64,000 bases of DNA from IMG/VR virus record IMGVR_UViG_3300027734_000056, positions 1-64,000 of that record; one strand, written 5' to 3'. Positions 35,125 to 44,731 of this stretch are shown here, one piece after another. Under the pieces are notes generated by a model. It made no database searches and had not been told where the DNA came from. It was given only the letters and a program-made list of their open reading frames with translations. Numbering within the stretch: position 1 is the first letter of the stretch; each line of letters begins with the position of its first letter. The position numbers and the translations under genes are program-made. This DNA is from a virus.

Positions 35125-38100
35125 CAGAAATAGTAAAATTTGTTAATACTATAATTGTTGAAAATGCCGTAACCAGCGAAACTATTGTTAGTGGCGTGCA
35201 GGGACCACCAGGTGCAACAGGCCCACAAGGGCCTGCTGGCGTTGCAGGTACTGCAGGTGCACCAGGTCCACAAGGCACTCCAGGTGCTGTATTAGTAAAT
35301 TTAGCCAATAGTGTACAACTGCCAGTAAATTTAACTAGTGGTCAAGCGCTTTATAATTATGCGCTAGGAGCCAGTACGGATTATGGTGACAGACTATTTA
35401 TAGGTGTACCAAGTGGCAGCGGTGTTACTGGTGTGCTTGTTGGCGGAAAGTATTATACTGATTTACTGGATACGGCCACTAGCTTGGCTACTGCTGGTAT
35501 GCTTGTAAAAAGAGATAATACAGGCAAGCTAACAGGTGATATTACTGGTAACAGTGCCACTGCTACAAAATTGTCCACAGCAAGAAGCATAAGTTTAGCT
35601 GGAGATGTGGCTGCTAGTGCAGTAAATTTTGACGGTACTACTAATATACAATTAAGTGCTGCACTTGCAACACAAACTGGTTTAACTACTGGTACTTATG
35701 GTAGTAGTACATTGGTACCTATAATAACTGTTAATAGTAAAGGTGTTATTACAGCTATTAGCACCCAAACTATAACTGGCGGTAGCAGTGGAAGCAGCAC
35801 TTTATTATTGGGTGCAGATAATTCTAGTTATGGATCAGTGGTCAGCGGCAGCAGTTTACAAATATTAGGCGGAACTGGTATTACTACAAGTGCTGGTAAT
35901 AATACTGTAACAATTGGTGTTAATAATAATATTGCCACAACCAGCGGCACCCAAACGCTTACTAATAAAACTATTAGCACTAATAGTACTTGGGCAGGTA
36001 ATACTATTAGTCAAAGCCGCGGCGGTACTGGAAGTACAACTGGTAGCATTGTTACAGATAGTGATTTAACTTTTGGTAGCGGTGGTACGCTTTACTTAAG
36101 TGCACAAACAATAGACGTTGGTGGTAGTAGTTTAACAAATTTAACAACACCACAGCAAGATAGTGATGCAACTACCAAAGCTTACGTGGATGCACTTAAG
36201 CAAGGCTTGGATATAAAGGACTCAGTTAAAGTTGCTACTACAACTAATATTACGCTATATGGGCAACAATCAATTGATGGTGTAAGCGTACTTGCTGGCC
36301 AGCGCGTATTAGTAAAAAATCAAACTAATGCTAGTGAAAATGGTATATGGAACGTAGATTACCAATATTGGTATAGAAGTAGTGATGCTGATACTGATTT
36401 AAAAGTAACGGCAGGATTATTTACATTTGTAGAGCAGGGTACACAAAATGGTGGAAATGCCTTTACATTAATTACAACTGGCACAGTTACACTAGGTGTT
36501 ACTGGTTTAACGTTTACACAGTTTAGTGGTGGCGGCACAGTGTTAGTTGGCAGCGGTTTAACTAAAACTGGCAATACAATATCTGCAAATTTTAGTGGCA
36601 GCTATAATGATTTAATTAACAAACCAACTATACCAGCTGCACAAGTGCAGACTGATTGGAATGCTACTAGTGGATTAGGTGTTATCCTAAACAAACCCGC
36701 ACTATTTGATGGTAATTATAATAGCTTAACCAATAAACCTACACTATTTGATGGTAATTATAATAGCTTAAGTAATAAACCTACCATACCAGCTGCACAA
36801 GTGCAGACTGATTGGAGTGCTACTAGTGGATTAGGTGTTATTCTAAACAAACCCACACTATTTGATGGTAATTATAATAGCTTAACCAATAAACCTACAC
36901 TATTTGATGGTAATTATAATAGCTTAAGTAATAAACCTACCATACCAGCTGCACAAGTACAAAGTGATTGGGCAGCTGTAAGTGGGTTGGGTGTTATCCT
37001 AAACAAACCCACACTATTTGATGGTAATTATAATAGCTTAAGTAATAAACCAACTATACCAGCTGCACAAGTACAAACTGACTGGAATGCAACAACTGGT
37101 TTAGGTGCTATTTTAAATAAACCTAATTTTGTTGCGGTAGCTACTAGTGGCAATTATAATGATTTAACTAATAAACCTACTCTATTCAGTGGCAACTATA
37201 TAGACTTAACTAATAAACCAACAATACCAGATGCATATACACTACCAATAGCAACTACTAGTACACTAGGCGGTGTTAAAGTTGATGGCTCAACAATCAC
37301 TATTAATAACGGAGTTATTAGTAGTTCAGGCGGTGGTGGTGGTGGTAGCGGTACTTCGGGAATTGATCATAAAACATATACAGCTACAGCTGGACAAACT
37401 ACTTTTAATGTAGCATATACTATACCATATGTAAATGTATTTGTCAATGGTATTAGATTATCTCCAGAAGACTATAGTGCAATTAATGGTACTAGCATAG
37501 TATTAACCGCTGCCTGCGCAATCAATGATATAGTTAATTTAGTTGGATTTAGTGCTTTATCAATTACTACAGCCAATACAGCCGTAGCACTAGCAACTCC
37601 GCGAGCTATTAATGGTGTAAATTTTGACGGATCAACCGCAATCACTATAACAGCAGCAGCAAGTACATTAACTGGTACTACGTTGGCTAGCGGTGTAACA
37701 GCCAGCAGCCTTACTTCACTAGGTACTATTGCAACTGGTGTTTGGAATGGTTCAAGTATCAGCACAACTTATACAGATGCCAAAGTTACTAGTGTAAATG
37801 GTAGCACTGGTGCTATAGCTGGATTGGCAACTGAAACTTATGTTACTACGGCATTAAGCGCTAAAGTAAACACTTCTGCACTTGCAACTGTAGCTACCAG
37901 CGGCAGCTACACAGATTTAACAAATAGATTTACTGGCTATGACTATGAAATACACGTTAGTCAAGTAGACGGAAACGATACTACTGGTAATGGTGACTTG
38001 TTAAATCCAGTTGCCACGATTACCAAAGCAATGACTTTAGTAAGTACACAAAGAAGAAAAGTAATTGTTCACTCTGGCGGTTATACTGAAAACTTCACAA

Positions 38101-39590
38101 TAGATTTATCTTATGTAACATTAACTACTGAAGCACAAAAAGGTGACGATGTTGTAATTACTGGAACTATAACTGCAAACAAAGGCTGTACTATTTCAGG
38201 TTTAAAAATGACAAACCTGACGATTACAGCAGCTACAGGAACAGGAAGTGTAAACATACTTGGTTGTGATATTACCGGTACACTTACAAAAAGCGGTGCT
38301 GCCGACTATACTCTTATTCGTTTTTGCGATATTGGCACTACAAACATTACTGGTAGCGGTGGTTTAGTTGCCATATTTGGGGGTAATCCTAACTTCATTA
38401 CAATCAATAATGCTGGAGCAAGGGTAATTGTTAAAAACGCTGTTACTGTTTCTCCAGTTTTAACTGCAGGAAACGCAAACTTTGTAGACAGCATATTACC
38501 AGCCATTGCAGTCCAATGGGTTTCTGGTACAACTTATGCTGTTGGTAATTATGTTTTCAATTCAGGTTTTACTTATCTTCGTATAATTGCTGGTGCTGGT
38601 ACTACTGCTCCTGCTTCTGATACTGCCAATTGGTTAGTTCAGACTCCATTAAATGGTATCGACACTAGAAATGCTATAACTACTGCTCCCGGAACTATTG
38701 TTACCTTAGCTAATAGTCAATTTATTGTACCAACATATAACAATGTTGCCAGAGTTTCATTAAGTGGTTTCTACTCAATTTTCAACTGTGTATATGACAA
38801 GCCAAACTCAACTTTGGCGGCATCGTCAGCAAGTGGCGGGTCAACTAATTCTGTTGATTATTTTCAGTACATTAATGCTGATAGATTGATACTGGCAACA
38901 GGTGGTCAGATTACATTTCCAGACGGCAGTGTTCAAAATACAGCAGTACCTACTTATTCAATAACAACTGCTGCAGCAAGTGCTAGTGGCAGTTTAAGCT
39001 TAACTGGTAATACATTTACATTTACTCCACCTGTAATACCTACAGTACCTACTTATTCAATAACAACTGCTGCAGCAAGTGGCAGTGGCAGTTTAAGTTT
39101 AAGTGGCAGTACATTTACATTTACTCCATATGCTTTAGCTCAAGCAACTACTAGTACACTAGGCGGTGTTAAAGTTGATGGCTCAACAATTACTATTGAT
39201 GCTGCTACTGGTGTTATTAGTAGTTCAAGTGGAGGTGGTAGTGGAACTACTTATTCAATAACAACTGCTGCAGCAAGTGGTAGTGGCAGTTTAAGTTTAA
39301 CTGGCAGTACATTTACATTTACTCCACCTGTAATACCTACAGTACCTACTTATTCAATAACAACTGCTGCAGCAAGTGGCAGTGGCAGTTTAAGTTTAAG
39401 TGGCAATACATTTACATTTACTCCATATGCTTTAGCTCAAGCAACTACTAGTACACTAGGCGGTGTTAAAGTTGATGGCTCAACAATTACTATTAATGCT
39501 GCTACTGGTGTTATTAGTAGTTCAGGTGGAGGTGGTGGTAGTGGAGTTACTACTGGCAAGGCTATTGCAATGGCCATAGTATTTGGATAA
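35121..39590 (+). CDS. Long side tail fibre / stalk protein (1,489 aa)
   Basis: Collagen-like N-terminus, ATKLSTARSI, DATTKAYVD..RVLVKNQT..ENGIW domain, NKPT repeats, beta-helix domain, ends GKAIAMAIVFG. Confidence 0.85.
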   Translation: MTEIVKFVNTIIVENAVTSETIVSGVQGPPGATGPQGPAGVAGTAGAPGPQGTPGAVLVNLANSVQLPVNLTSGQALYNYALGASTDYGDRLFIGVPSGSGVTGVLVGGKYYTDLLDTATSLATAGMLVKRDNTGKLTGDITGNSATATKLSTARSISLAGDVAASAVNFDGTTNIQLSAALATQTGLTTGTYGSSTLVPIITVNSKGVITAISTQTITGGSSGSSTLLLGADNSSYGSVVSGSSLQILGGTGITTSAGNNTVTIGVNNNIATTSGTQTLTNKTISTNSTWAGNTISQSRGGTGSTTGSIVTDSDLTFGSGGTLYLSAQTIDVGGSSLTNLTTPQQDSDATTKAYVDALKQGLDIKDSVKVATTTNITLYGQQSIDGVSVLAGQRVLVKNQTNASENGIWNVDYQYWYRSSDADTDLKVTAGLFTFVEQGTQNGGNAFTLITTGTVTLGVTGLTFTQFSGGGTVLVGSGLTKTGNTISANFSGSYNDLINKPTIPAAQVQTDWNATSGLGVILNKPALFDGNYNSLTNKPTLFDGNYNSLSNKPTIPAAQVQTDWSATSGLGVILNKPTLFDGNYNSLTNKPTLFDGNYNSLSNKPTIPAAQVQSDWAAVSGLGVILNKPTLFDGNYNSLSNKPTIPAAQVQTDWNATTGLGAILNKPNFVAVATSGNYNDLTNKPTLFSGNYIDLTNKPTIPDAYTLPIATTSTLGGVKVDGSTITINNGVISSSGGGGGGSGTSGIDHKTYTATAGQTTFNVAYTIPYVNVFVNGIRLSPEDYSAINGTSIVLTAACAINDIVNLVGFSALSITTANTAVALATPRAINGVNFDGSTAITITAAASTLTGTTLASGVTASSLTSLGTIATGVWNGSSISTTYTDAKVTSVNGSTGAIAGLATETYVTTALSAKVNTSALATVATSGSYTDLTNRFTGYDYEIHVSQVDGNDTTGNGDLLNPVATITKAMTLVSTQRRKVIVHSGGYTENFTIDLSYVTLTTEAQKGDDVVITGTITANKGCTISGLKMTNLTITAATGTGSVNILGCDITGTLTKSGAADYTLIRFCDIGTTNITGSGGLVAIFGGNPNFITINNAGARVIVKNAVTVSPVLTAGNANFVDSILPAIAVQWVSGTTYAVGNYVFNSGFTYLRIIAGAGTTAPASDTANWLVQTPLNGIDTRNAITTAPGTIVTLANSQFIVPTYNNVARVSLSGFYSIFNCVYDKPNSTLAASSASGGSTNSVDYFQYINADRLILATGGQITFPDGSVQNTAVPTYSITTAAASASGSLSLTGNTFTFTPPVIPTVPTYSITTAAASGSGSLSLSGSTFTFTPYALAQATTSTLGGVKVDGSTITIDAATGVISSSSGGGSGTTYSITTAAASGSGSLSLTGSTFTFTPPVIPTVPTYSITTAAASGSGSLSLSGNTFTFTPYALAQATTSTLGGVKVDGSTITINAATGVISSSGGGGGSGVTTGKAIAMAIVFG
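36591..37230 (+). repeat. Composite coding tandem repeats (42-bp and 72-bp units)
   Basis: TACCAGCTGCACAAGT recurs at 36631, 36787, 36943 and 37057 (periods 156, 156, 114 bp), encoding LFDGNYNSLxNKPT and IPAAQVQTDWxATSGLGVILNKP. Confidence 0.95.
38952..39545 (+). repeat. 297-bp coding duplication with internal 99-bp periodicity
   Basis: ACTTATTCAATAACAACTGCTGCAGCAAGT at 38952, 39051, 39249 and 39348. Confidence 0.95.
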
Positions 39591-39600
39591 GGAATAAAAA

Positions 39601-39963
39601 ATGGCAAATCCCAACATAGTAAACGTAGCAAATATTTATGGTAAAATAGCAGGTTTGGCAGTTACTACAACTGCTAGTGCTATTGTTTCAAATACCACAG
39701 GCTCAGGCAAAATTTTAAAAATTAACTCTTTAATTATCGCAAATGTAAACGGAACAAGTAGTGCTGACGTTACAGTTGATGTATTTAAAAATCAAACTAC
39801 TAGTTATCGTGTAGCATTTACCATTACTGTGCCTAACGACGCTACTTTAGTAGTAATATCAAAAGATAGTAGTATATATCTAGAAGAAAATGATTCTTTA
39901 AGAATATTAGCAAGCGCTAACTCTTATTTAGAAGCTATATGCAGTTACGAGGAAATTAGCTAA
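39601..39963 (+). CDS. Fibre-associated adaptor protein
   Basis: MANPNIVNV..SIYLEENDSL..SYEEIS, a small beta-sandwich-like protein directly after the AIAMAIVFG fibre end; SD AAGGA. Confidence 0.65.
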   Translation: MANPNIVNVANIYGKIAGLAVTTTASAIVSNTTGSGKILKINSLIIANVNGTSSADVTVDVFKNQTTSYRVAFTITVPNDATLVVISKDSSIYLEENDSLRILASANSYLEAICSYEEIS

Positions 39964-40391
39964 TGACTTTTAACTACTTTGATAATAAAAGCATACTAGG
40001 TAAAAACACAAAACAAGTTGTTAAAGGAATTAGTAGTTTAAGTTCAGAGCAAGGTGGTGCAATTACGTTTATTAGCAGCTCCAGTCCTTTTACTGATAAC
40101 ATTACTGGCACTAGTCAAGTTACAACACAAGGTTCAGTTAGTATTATTTATGAAGTAGGTGGAATTGTAACGCTTAACTGGAGGCTTGATACAAGCAGCG
40201 AACCCAGCTATGATTTTGGCACGTTAGTATTAAATGGTATTCAGTTGGCTCGTATAAGTGGTAATCCTAATTCTCAAAGTGGATCTATACAAATGCCTTC
40301 AGGAACAAATACGTTAAATCTTATTTACACTAAAGACGATACTGTTGATGTTGGCTCGGATAACACAACAGCGTTTTGGTCGTTTACGTAA
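39963..40391 (+). CDS. Small fibre-tip protein with a CUB-like/jelly-roll motif
   Basis: W..SSEPSYDF..LNG..ISG..G.NTL.L.YTKD..V..GSD. Confidence 0.5.
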   Translation: MTFNYFDNKSILGKNTKQVVKGISSLSSEQGGAITFISSSSPFTDNITGTSQVTTQGSVSIIYEVGGIVTLNWRLDTSSEPSYDFGTLVLNGIQLARISGNPNSQSGSIQMPSGTNTLNLIYTKDDTVDVGSDNTTAFWSFT

Positions 40392-40407
40392 ACAAACAGG
40401 AAATAAA

Positions 40408-43400
40408 ATGATTAGAAACGGCGGAAAACTTACTAAAATTCGTTATACTACATCAAGCTCTAATACTGCAGGAGCAACGGGTATTTATGACACCTTTGAC
40501 GCTTATAATGCACGTCTTTCTGATCTTTGGCCAGTTCTGCCAACTTTTTCATCTAACGTAACTGCTAGCACTAGTACTATTTATCATAATGGCAATGGTG
40601 TTACAATAACTAATACTAGTAAAAATATTACTGCTAACACTACTTTATACTACACAATAGAAACAGTTAGCGGTCCTTCTGGTAGTTTTACGGGCACTGG
40701 TCCTTATAATAATCAACAGTACGGAACATTTACGCAACCCGCTGGCGTAACTGGTATTGCTAGTTTTTCTATATATCCAGTTGCAGATCAGGAACCTGAC
40801 CCTACCCGTCAACCAGTTCAATTTAAAGTTAATATACGCACTACCAGTATAACTGGGCCTATAGTTGGTAGTAGTCCAGTTATTACTATACCTACGCCTA
40901 TACCTACGCTAAGTTTTGTACCTTATCTTAGTAGTGTAACACAGTTTGACGAAACTCAGTCTGGATGGAATTTAAAGCTTACTTGGGCTAATGTAGGTAC
41001 TGCAAATCCTGTATCACAAATAAATTATAACATAACTTATTCTGGAACTGCAACAACTCAAGATTTACTAACAACAGTTGCAACTATGTCAACTGTTCTA
41101 GACAGTTATAGTTACGATGCAACTAGTGCTTATATTTACGGTAAAAAAGACTACTTAACTGAAGGCACAGAATCTTTAACTATGACTGTAACAAGTCCGT
41201 CGTATGGCTGGACGATAGGCACTATAAGCGCAAATATTATAGATACTAGTATTACACCTGTAACTACAATTACACCTTCAAAAACTGCAGTTGAAAAAGG
41301 TACAACTATACGCTTTGATGTTGCTATTCAAAATGCTCAAGAAACTACTATTTATTATGTTATCACAGGTAGTGCCGCCAGTAAATTTAGCGCTCAAACT
41401 GGCAATTTTTTATTAAGTGCAGGCGGAATTACTTTAACTGTTATAAATAACTTTAACTATAGCGAAGCAGACACCACTTTTCAAGTACAGTTTCGTGCAC
41501 AAAGTACTAGTGGCTACTTATACGGCACATCACAAGTTATTACTGTAACAAGTCCAGCACAACCAAGCGCAACCATTGTACCTATAGCTAGCATGAACGA
41601 AGACACAACAAATAGTTTTGTTGTAAATACCACAAACTATAGTGGAAATCTAGACTGGAAAATACAAGAAATAAAAAGTGGATCAGTTTTAACAACACCA
41701 GTACCAACTGATTTTTTAAACGCTACTAGTGGTACTATAACTGTTGTTAATGGTGGAAGTGATACAATTGCAGTAAAACCGCGTGCTGATACATTTACTG
41801 AAGGCTCAGAAACTTTTAGGTTAACTGTATCAGTACCCAATGGTGGCGGAACTTTAAGCACTTCAGATTTTACAATTAATGACACGTCAACAGGTACTAC
41901 AGAACTGTTAGATTTATATAGTTTTTTAAGTTTTAAATTTCTAAGTGGTGCGGATGACATTAATTATGTTAGTGGAATTACTGCAAATAAAACAGGCGAC
42001 TCATTATCAACACTTCTTAGTAAATATAATACCACAACATATCCTTGGCTAAACAATACCAGTTACTATAATGTAGTTACTGCTGGAATACAATTGTGGA
42101 CTGTTCCTTTTACTGGAGTATACCGCTTTAAAGTAGCGGGTGCTAGAGGTGGCGGATGGTATTATGCTACATTACCTGGTGGCTGGGGTGCAACATTAAA
42201 TGGCGAGGTATTTTTAACCAGAGGCACTGTGTTAAGTATTGTAGTAGGAAAAGCTGGTTCTTCATCTACAACTACAGGTTCTGGTGGCGGTGGTGGCGGT
42301 GGTACTTTTGTTTATACAGGCAGCATTGGCGGTACAGGTTTGTTGTTTGCTGCAGGTGGTGGTGGTGGTTCAGATGATGATGGAGCTACTGCTGGTCAAA
42401 ATGCTCGTGAAGATTTATGTGCTGGATTTAATGCTACTAGTGTAAGAGCTGATCCCACAAATGGACAGGGTGCTGCACTTGCGGGAAGCGGTGGTGGAAG
42501 TGGTACTGGTTGGCTAAGTGACAGCACCGGCACCAGTGCTGGCACTAGATTTCTAGGAGGCGACGCTGTTGCGCCTTGTGGCTGTGGTGGTTTTGGCGGT
42601 GGTGGTGGTGACATAGACGATGGCGCTGGCGGTGGTGGATATACTGGTGGAACTAGTAGTAATCTTCCAGCTGGTGGATGTGGTGGTTCTTATTATAATC
42701 CTCAACGTGTAAACAACTATAGTTGGGGAGGTACAAATCAAGTGGATAGAATTGCCAATGGTTTTGTAGAAATAACTGCAATTACCACAGGAGCTACTGC
42801 GGTAATTACCCCTAGTTCTAGTACTATAACAGAAGGACAGAGTGTAGCTTTTAATATAGTAACTACTGGTTTTGTAACTGGCACGCTTTATTATTATTTG
42901 TTAACTAATACTGGAAGTATAAGTACTACTGAGTTTTCTAATACTACTAATACTCTTGCTGGAAGTGTAACAATAACAGACAGCACTGGACAAGTAACTT
43001 ATACATATAGAAATGATGGCTATACTGAAGGATCAGAAGCTGTTAGTTTATTGGTTTACTATAACACTGGCGGTATTAGGTACACAATGGGTACTTCTAG
43101 TCAAGTAACAATTAGTGATAGTTCTACAGGGGCAGCTACTCAATTTACTAGAAGTGATTTTATACAGCCTATTGTTGGCAATATTTATTATGAAGTTCGA
43201 TCTCCATCAGCATCTGGAGCTACTAATCTAGGGGCTCTGGGTTGGACTATTTTACGTGATACAACTACTGCTACAGCTGATAGTTACTTTTCAGTACCAC
43301 TACCTTTTACATTTAAAATTAATAATACCAATTTTACTGATGTAATTGTTAACGAAAATGGCTGGATAGTTTTTGGTACTACAGGCGAAATTCTTAGTGC

Positions 43401-43833
43401 TGGCTTTATTAGTTCAACAGCTGCAAGTGCTCTTCCTCGAAATAAATTTGTTTTTAGCGGCGGCGGCAATAACAGCATGCAACGGCTGTTTTACAGAGTT
43501 GATGGGCAAAATAGGTTTGTAATTATCAGATATGAAGGTAATGCATCAACTTCAGGAACTCATGGCACTCCAGGAATAATTGCAGAAATTAAACTTTTTA
43601 ATCCACAATTTACAGGTGGAATATCTATGATAGAGTTAAATTTTCAGACTAACAGAGCAACTGGAACCCATCCAATATCAATTTCAAATTCCAGTGCATA
43701 CTTTACTACTAGAGCTTATAGTTCATCTAGTTATCAATTTAGTACAGTTTTTTATGCTGACAATGCTGAAGCAACAAGCTGGTCTGCTCTTGGTATGACA
43801 TACAATGGTGATAATTATGGTGTGATTTTATAG
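40408..43833 (+). CDS. Multidomain adhesin: Calx-beta/Ig-like repeats plus a glycine-rich domain
   Basis: Repeats D..TEG.E.F.L.V; GIQLWTVPFTGVYRFKVAGARGG...GGGGGT..AAGGGGG..GGFGGGGG..GGGGYTGG; SD AGGA before ATG 40408. Confidence 0.7.
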   Translation: MIRNGGKLTKIRYTTSSSNTAGATGIYDTFDAYNARLSDLWPVLPTFSSNVTASTSTIYHNGNGVTITNTSKNITANTTLYYTIETVSGPSGSFTGTGPYNNQQYGTFTQPAGVTGIASFSIYPVADQEPDPTRQPVQFKVNIRTTSITGPIVGSSPVITIPTPIPTLSFVPYLSSVTQFDETQSGWNLKLTWANVGTANPVSQINYNITYSGTATTQDLLTTVATMSTVLDSYSYDATSAYIYGKKDYLTEGTESLTMTVTSPSYGWTIGTISANIIDTSITPVTTITPSKTAVEKGTTIRFDVAIQNAQETTIYYVITGSAASKFSAQTGNFLLSAGGITLTVINNFNYSEADTTFQVQFRAQSTSGYLYGTSQVITVTSPAQPSATIVPIASMNEDTTNSFVVNTTNYSGNLDWKIQEIKSGSVLTTPVPTDFLNATSGTITVVNGGSDTIAVKPRADTFTEGSETFRLTVSVPNGGGTLSTSDFTINDTSTGTTELLDLYSFLSFKFLSGADDINYVSGITANKTGDSLSTLLSKYNTTTYPWLNNTSYYNVVTAGIQLWTVPFTGVYRFKVAGARGGGWYYATLPGGWGATLNGEVFLTRGTVLSIVVGKAGSSSTTTGSGGGGGGGTFVYTGSIGGTGLLFAAGGGGGSDDDGATAGQNAREDLCAGFNATSVRADPTNGQGAALAGSGGGSGTGWLSDSTGTSAGTRFLGGDAVAPCGCGGFGGGGGDIDDGAGGGGYTGGTSSNLPAGGCGGSYYNPQRVNNYSWGGTNQVDRIANGFVEITAITTGATAVITPSSSTITEGQSVAFNIVTTGFVTGTLYYYLLTNTGSISTTEFSNTTNTLAGSVTITDSTGQVTYTYRNDGYTEGSEAVSLLVYYNTGGIRYTMGTSSQVTISDSSTGAATQFTRSDFIQPIVGNIYYEVRSPSASGATNLGALGWTILRDTTTATADSYFSVPLPFTFKINNTNFTDVIVNENGWIVFGTTGEILSAGFISSTAASALPRNKFVFSGGGNNSMQRLFYRVDGQNRFVIIRYEGNASTSGTHGTPGIIAEIKLFNPQFTGGISMIELNFQTNRATGTHPISISNSSAYFTTRAYSSSSYQFSTVFYADNAEATSWSALGMTYNGDNYGVIL

Positions 43834-43845
43834 GAAAAATAAATT

Positions 43846-44283
43846 ATGTTATACTCACATAACCAACAAACTCCTGGCCTTTTACCAGACAGAATAAGAT
43901 TGTCAACAGGTTTAACTAAAACTGATAAAAGTACTTTTACTGCACAAGAACTTTTAGATGCAGGGTATATACCTGCAGATGTTCCTCCTGCTTACAACCC
44001 TAATCAACAACATTTAGTCTGGGATAAAACAACTTGGAAATTGATTGATTTTACAGCAGAAGAGCTAGCCGCTAGGATAGAATTAGAATGGAAAGGCGTA
44101 CGTGCTCTTCGGAACAAATTTATACTTGATGTAGAGTGGAAAATATCTCGTGCACTAAGTCAGCAAAGAATGGGTTTGCCTGTTACTGACAATATTGCCG
44201 CTTTAGATAATTATATACAAGCACTGCGAGACATAACCAATCAAAGTGATCCTTATAATGTTATATGGCCCACACTTGAGTAG
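43846..44283 (+). CDS. Tail fibre assembly chaperone
   Basis: WKGVRALRN..DVEW..YIQALRDITNQSDPYNVIWP. Confidence 0.85.
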   Translation: MLYSHNQQTPGLLPDRIRLSTGLTKTDKSTFTAQELLDAGYIPADVPPAYNPNQQHLVWDKTTWKLIDFTAEELAARIELEWKGVRALRNKFILDVEWKISRALSQQRMGLPVTDNIAALDNYIQALRDITNQSDPYNVIWPTLE

Positions 44284-44331
44284 CCATATCAAATAAAAAT
44301 TTAAGTTTAAAGGTACAAAGGATGCTTAAAC

Positions 44332-44730
44332 ATGACTACTAATAGAAATTTATCATTACTGGCACCTAATGTAGACGCTTTTGGTATACTTAAAGCTGGC
44401 GGCTATATTTTACCAACAGCAAGTACTAGTGTACTAGGCGGTGTTAAAGTTGATGGCACAACAATTACTATAAATAATGGTGTAATTAGCGGTAGCAATA
44501 GTTATACTTTACCAACAGCAACTACTGGTACACTAGGCGGTGTTAAAGTTGATGGCACAACAATTACTATAAATAATGGTGTGATTAGCGGCAGCACCAG
44601 TTTAACTGCAACTGGTGTAACTGCAGCAACTTACACTAATGCAACGTTAACTGTAAATAGTTACGGACAAGTTACTGCAGCCAATAATGGCATAGATCCA
44701 ATAGCTGCAGCTTTTATTTTTGGTGAATAA
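44332..44730 (+). CDS. Short fibre stalk protein sharing repeats with the long fibre
   Basis: Two LPTA.T..LGGVKVDGTTITINNGVIS units; ends PIAAAFIFGE. Confidence 0.7.
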   Translation: MTTNRNLSLLAPNVDAFGILKAGGYILPTASTSVLGGVKVDGTTITINNGVISGSNSYTLPTATTGTLGGVKVDGTTITINNGVISGSTSLTATGVTAATYTNATLTVNSYGQVTAANNGIDPIAAAFIFGE

Positions 44731-44731
44731 A

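Noticed and set aside
36591-39545. Repeat arrays as a possible CRISPR
   Set aside because: In-frame coding repeats without unique spacers, and no cas genes.
42156-42741. Trp/Arg-rich and Pro/Thr-rich overlapping ORFs
   Set aside because: Off-frame readings of poly-GGT glycine codons.
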